Source: Squalus acanthias
Lineage: Eukaryota
Direction: 5' to 3'
DNA length: 64,000 nucleotides
Assembly (NCBI GenBank): GCA_030390025.1
Contig: CM059431.1
Coordinates: 150,910,001 to 150,974,000, forward strand
Part shown: positions 60,401 through 64,000 of the stretch, in pieces
Numbering within the stretch: the stretch's first letter is position 1
Layout of the letters: the number at the start of each line of letters is the position of its first letter
Position numbers and translations under genes: made by a program
Notes under the pieces: generated by a model
What the model was told of the DNA's origin: nothing
Databases searched by the model: none
What the model saw: only the letters and a program-made list of their open reading frames with translations

Positions 60401-63400
60401 GGTGACCCTAATCTAATTTAACTGCTGGTACCCTACTCTAATCTTACTGGTGATGATTCTACTCCAATATTACTGGTGGTGAATCAACGCAAACATTACC
60501 GGTGGTGAACCTATTCTAACATTAATGGTGGTGACCCTACTCGAACATTACTGGTGGTGACTCTACTCCAACATTACTGGTGGTGACCCTACTATAACAT
60601 TACTGGTGGTGACTCTACTCTAACATTACTGGTGGTGACTCTACTCTAACATTACTTGTGGTGACCCGACTCTAACATTGCTGGTGGTGATTCTACTCTA
60701 ACATTACTGGTGGTGACTCTACTCTAACATAACTGGTGAAGAGTCTACTCTAACATTACTGGAGGTGACCCTAATCTAACATTACTGGGGGTGAGTCTAC
60801 TCGAACATTACTGGTGGTGAGTCTACTCTAACATTACTGGGGTTGAGTCTACTCGAACATTACTGGTGGTGAGGCTACTCGAACATTACTGGGGGTGAGT
60901 CTACTCTATCATTACTGGTGGTGAGTCTACTCTAACATTACTGGGGGTGAGTCTACTCGAACATTACTGGTGGTGAGCCTACTCGAACATTACTTGCGGT
61001 CACTCTACTCTAACATTACTGGTGGTGACCCTACTCTTCCATTACTGGTGGTGAGTCGACTCTAACCTTACTGGTGTTGAGTCTACTCTAACACTACTGG
61101 TGGTGAGTCTACGCTAACATTACTGGTGGTGTGGTTATTCTAACATTACTGGTGGTGACATTACTTTAACATTACTGGTGGTGAGTCTACTCTAACATTA
61201 ATGGTGGTGACTCTACTCCAACATTACTGGTAGTCACTCTACTCTAACATTACTGATGGTGACTCTACGTTAACATTACTGGTGGTGACTGTACTCTAAC
61301 ATTACTGATGGTGACTCTACTCTGACATTACTGGTGGAGACTCCACTCTAACATTACTGTTTGTGACACTACTCTAACATTAATGGTGGTGAGTCTACTC
61401 TAACATTACTGATGGTGACTCTACTCTGACATTACTGGTGGAGACTCCACTCTAACATTACTGTTTGTGACACTACTCTAACATTAATGCTGGTGAGTCT
61501 ACTCTAACATTACTGGTGGTGAGTCTACTCTAACATTACTGGTGGTGAGTCTATTCTCACATTACTGGTGGAGACCCTACTCTAACATTACTGGTGTTGA
61601 GTCTACTCTAACATTACTGGTGGTGAGTCTAATCTGACATTACATTTGGTGAGCCTACACTAACACTAGTGGTGGTGAGTATACTCTATCATTACTGGTG
61701 TTGAGTCTACTCTAAAATTACTGGTGGTGAGAATACTCTTACATTCCTGGTGGTGAGTCTACTCTAACATTACATGTGGTGAGACTACTCTAACATTAAT
61801 GTTGGTGACTCTACTCTAAATTACTGGTGGTGAATCTACTCCTACATTACTGGTGGTGAGTCTACTCTAACATTACTGGTGGTGAGTCTACTCTAACATT
61901 ACTGGTGGTGACACTACTCTAATATTCCTGATGATGAGTCTCCTCTAACATTACTGTTGCTGAGTCTACCCTGACATTACTGCTGCTGACCCTACTCTAA
62001 CATTTTTGGTGGTGACTCTAGTCTATCATTACTGGTGGTGACGCTACTCCAACATTACTGGCGGTGATTCTACTCTAACATTAATGGTGGTGAATCTACT
62101 CTAACATTAATGTTCGTGACTCTACTCTAACATTACTGGTGATGAGTCAACTCGAACAGTACTGGTAGTGACTCTACTCTAACTTTACTGGTGTTGAGTC
62201 TACTCTAACATTACCTGTGGTGAAACTACTCTAACATTACTGGGGGTGAGTCTACACTAACATTACTGGTGGTGAGTCTACTATAATATTACTGGTGGTG
62301 CGTCTACTCCAACATTGCTGTTGGTGACACTACTCTAACATTACCAGTGGTGACCCTGCTCTATCATTACTGGTGGTGAACCTACTCGAACATTACTGAC
62401 GGTCACTCTACTCTAACATTACTGGTTTTGAGTCGACTCTAACATTACTGGTGGTGTGTCTACTCTGACATTACTGCTGCTGACCCTACTCTAACATTAC
62501 TGGTGGTGACTCTAATCTAACATTACTGGTGGTGAGTCTACACTGACATTACTGCTGCTGAACCTACTCTAACATTACTGGTTGTGAGTCGACTCTAACA
62601 TTACTGGTGGCGAGTCTACTCTAACATTACTGGTGGTGACTCTAATCTAACATTACTGGTGGTGAGTCTACACTGACATTACTGCTGCTGAACCTACTCT
62701 AACATTACTGGTTGTGAGTCGACTCTAACATTACTGGTGGTGACTCCACTCTAACATTACTGGTGATGAGTTTACACTAACATTACTGCTGGTGAGTCTA
62801 CACTAACATTACTTGTGGTGAGTCCACTCTAACATTACTGGTGATGAGTCTACTCTAACAGTACTGGTGGTGACTCTACTCTAACATTACTAGTGATGAG
62901 TCCACTCTCACATTACTGGTAGTGAGTCTACTCTATCGTTACTGGTGGTCAGTCTATTCTATCATTACTGGTGGTGACCCTACTCTAACATTACTGATGG
63001 TGACCCTGCTCTAACATTACTGGTGATGAGTCTACTCTAACATTACTGGTGGTGACCCTACTCTAACCTTACTGAGGATGAGTCTAATATAACATTACTG
63101 TTGGTGAGTCTACTCTAACATTAATGTTGGTGAGTCTACTCTAACATTACTGCTGCTGAACCTACTCTAACATTACTGGTGATGACCCTACTCTAACATT
63201 ACTGGTGGTGACTCTACGCTAACAATACTGGGGGTGAGTCTACTCTAACATTACTGGTGGGGAGTCTACTCTAACATTACTGGTGTTGTCCACTCTAACA
63301 TTACTGGTGGTGAGTCTAATCTATCATTACTGGTGTTTTGTCCACTCTAAGTTACTGGAGGTGAGTCTACTCTAACATTACTGGTTGTGACACGACTCGA

Positions 63401-64000
63401 ACATTGCTGGTGGTGAGTCTACTCTAACATTACTGGTGGTGACGCTACTCCAACATTACTGGTGGTGAATCTAATCTAACATTAATTGTCGTGACTCTAC
63501 TCTATCATTACTGGTGTTGACTTTACTCTAACATTACTGGTGGTGAGATTACTCTAACATTACTGGTGGTGACTCTATTCTCACATTAATGGGGGTGAGT
63601 CTACTCTAACATTACTGATGGTGAGTCTACTCTAACATTACTTGTGGGTGACACTACTCTAACAATAATGGTGGTGACTCTACTCCAACATTACTGGTGG
63701 TGAGTCTACTCCAACATTACTGGTGGTGACTCTACTCTAACATTACTGGTGGTGACTCGACTCTAACATTACTGGTGGTGACTCAACTCTAACATTACTG
63801 GTGATGTGTCTAATCGAACATTACTGGTGGTGACCCTGCTCTACCATTACTGGTGGTTATTCTACCCTAACATTACTGGTGGTGACACTACTATAACATT
63901 ACTGGTGGTGAGTCTACTCTAACATTACTGGTGGTGAGTCTACACTAACATTACTTGTGGTGAGTCTACTCTAACATTACTGGTGGCGAGTCTACACTAA
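60401..64000 (+). repeat. 26-bp satellite array D, directly upstream of GPCR gene 3, running off the right edge
   Basis: Tandem CTACTCTAACATTACTGGTGGTGAGT monomers. More homogeneous than arrays A and B. Confidence 0.97.

Noticed and set aside
60401..64000. Satellite as immunoglobulin D segments, a switch region, telomeric repeat or Chi array
   Set aside because: No RSS heptamer/nonamer, no AGCT enrichment and no TTAGGG. ACTGGTGG resembles bacterial Chi (GCTGGTGG), but no mechanism supports that here.

Overview
Eukaryotic, repeat-dense genomic DNA, most likely from a cartilaginous fish. That assignment is inferred from HE1/V-SINE-like, DeuSINE/SacSINE1-like and shark-type CR1 elements. The window holds three paralogous two-exon class A GPCR genes of the GPR139/GPR142-like type. 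Gene 1 (+, 11869-14414) has a stop and a frameshift. Gene 2 (+, 19271-21055) has one extra T in a T7 run. Gene 3 (-, 60004-58175) is intact and encodes 323 aa; its real exon 1 is missed by the ORF track. Each gene sits in the same cassette: a 26-bp tandem satellite array in a fixed orientation, a ~400-bp conserved TATA promoter, a 70-nt exon 1, a conserved intron block, exon 2 and a conserved 3' block. The receptors differ mostly in predicted ligand-facing segments, which suggests an expanding, diversifying receptor family with satellite-coupled promoters. A fourth array at 1-8450 points the other way and predicts another minus-strand paralogue left of the window. The centre of the window is nested CR1/L2 LINE debris, SINEs, two Harbinger-type MITEs, an LTR remnant and a decayed cluster of convergent tRNA-Lys(UUU) pairs with one near-intact gene. 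A Penelope-type hairpin with a hammerhead-ribozyme core is inserted in the left satellite array. Repeat boundaries were read by eye and are approximate to within tens of bp.
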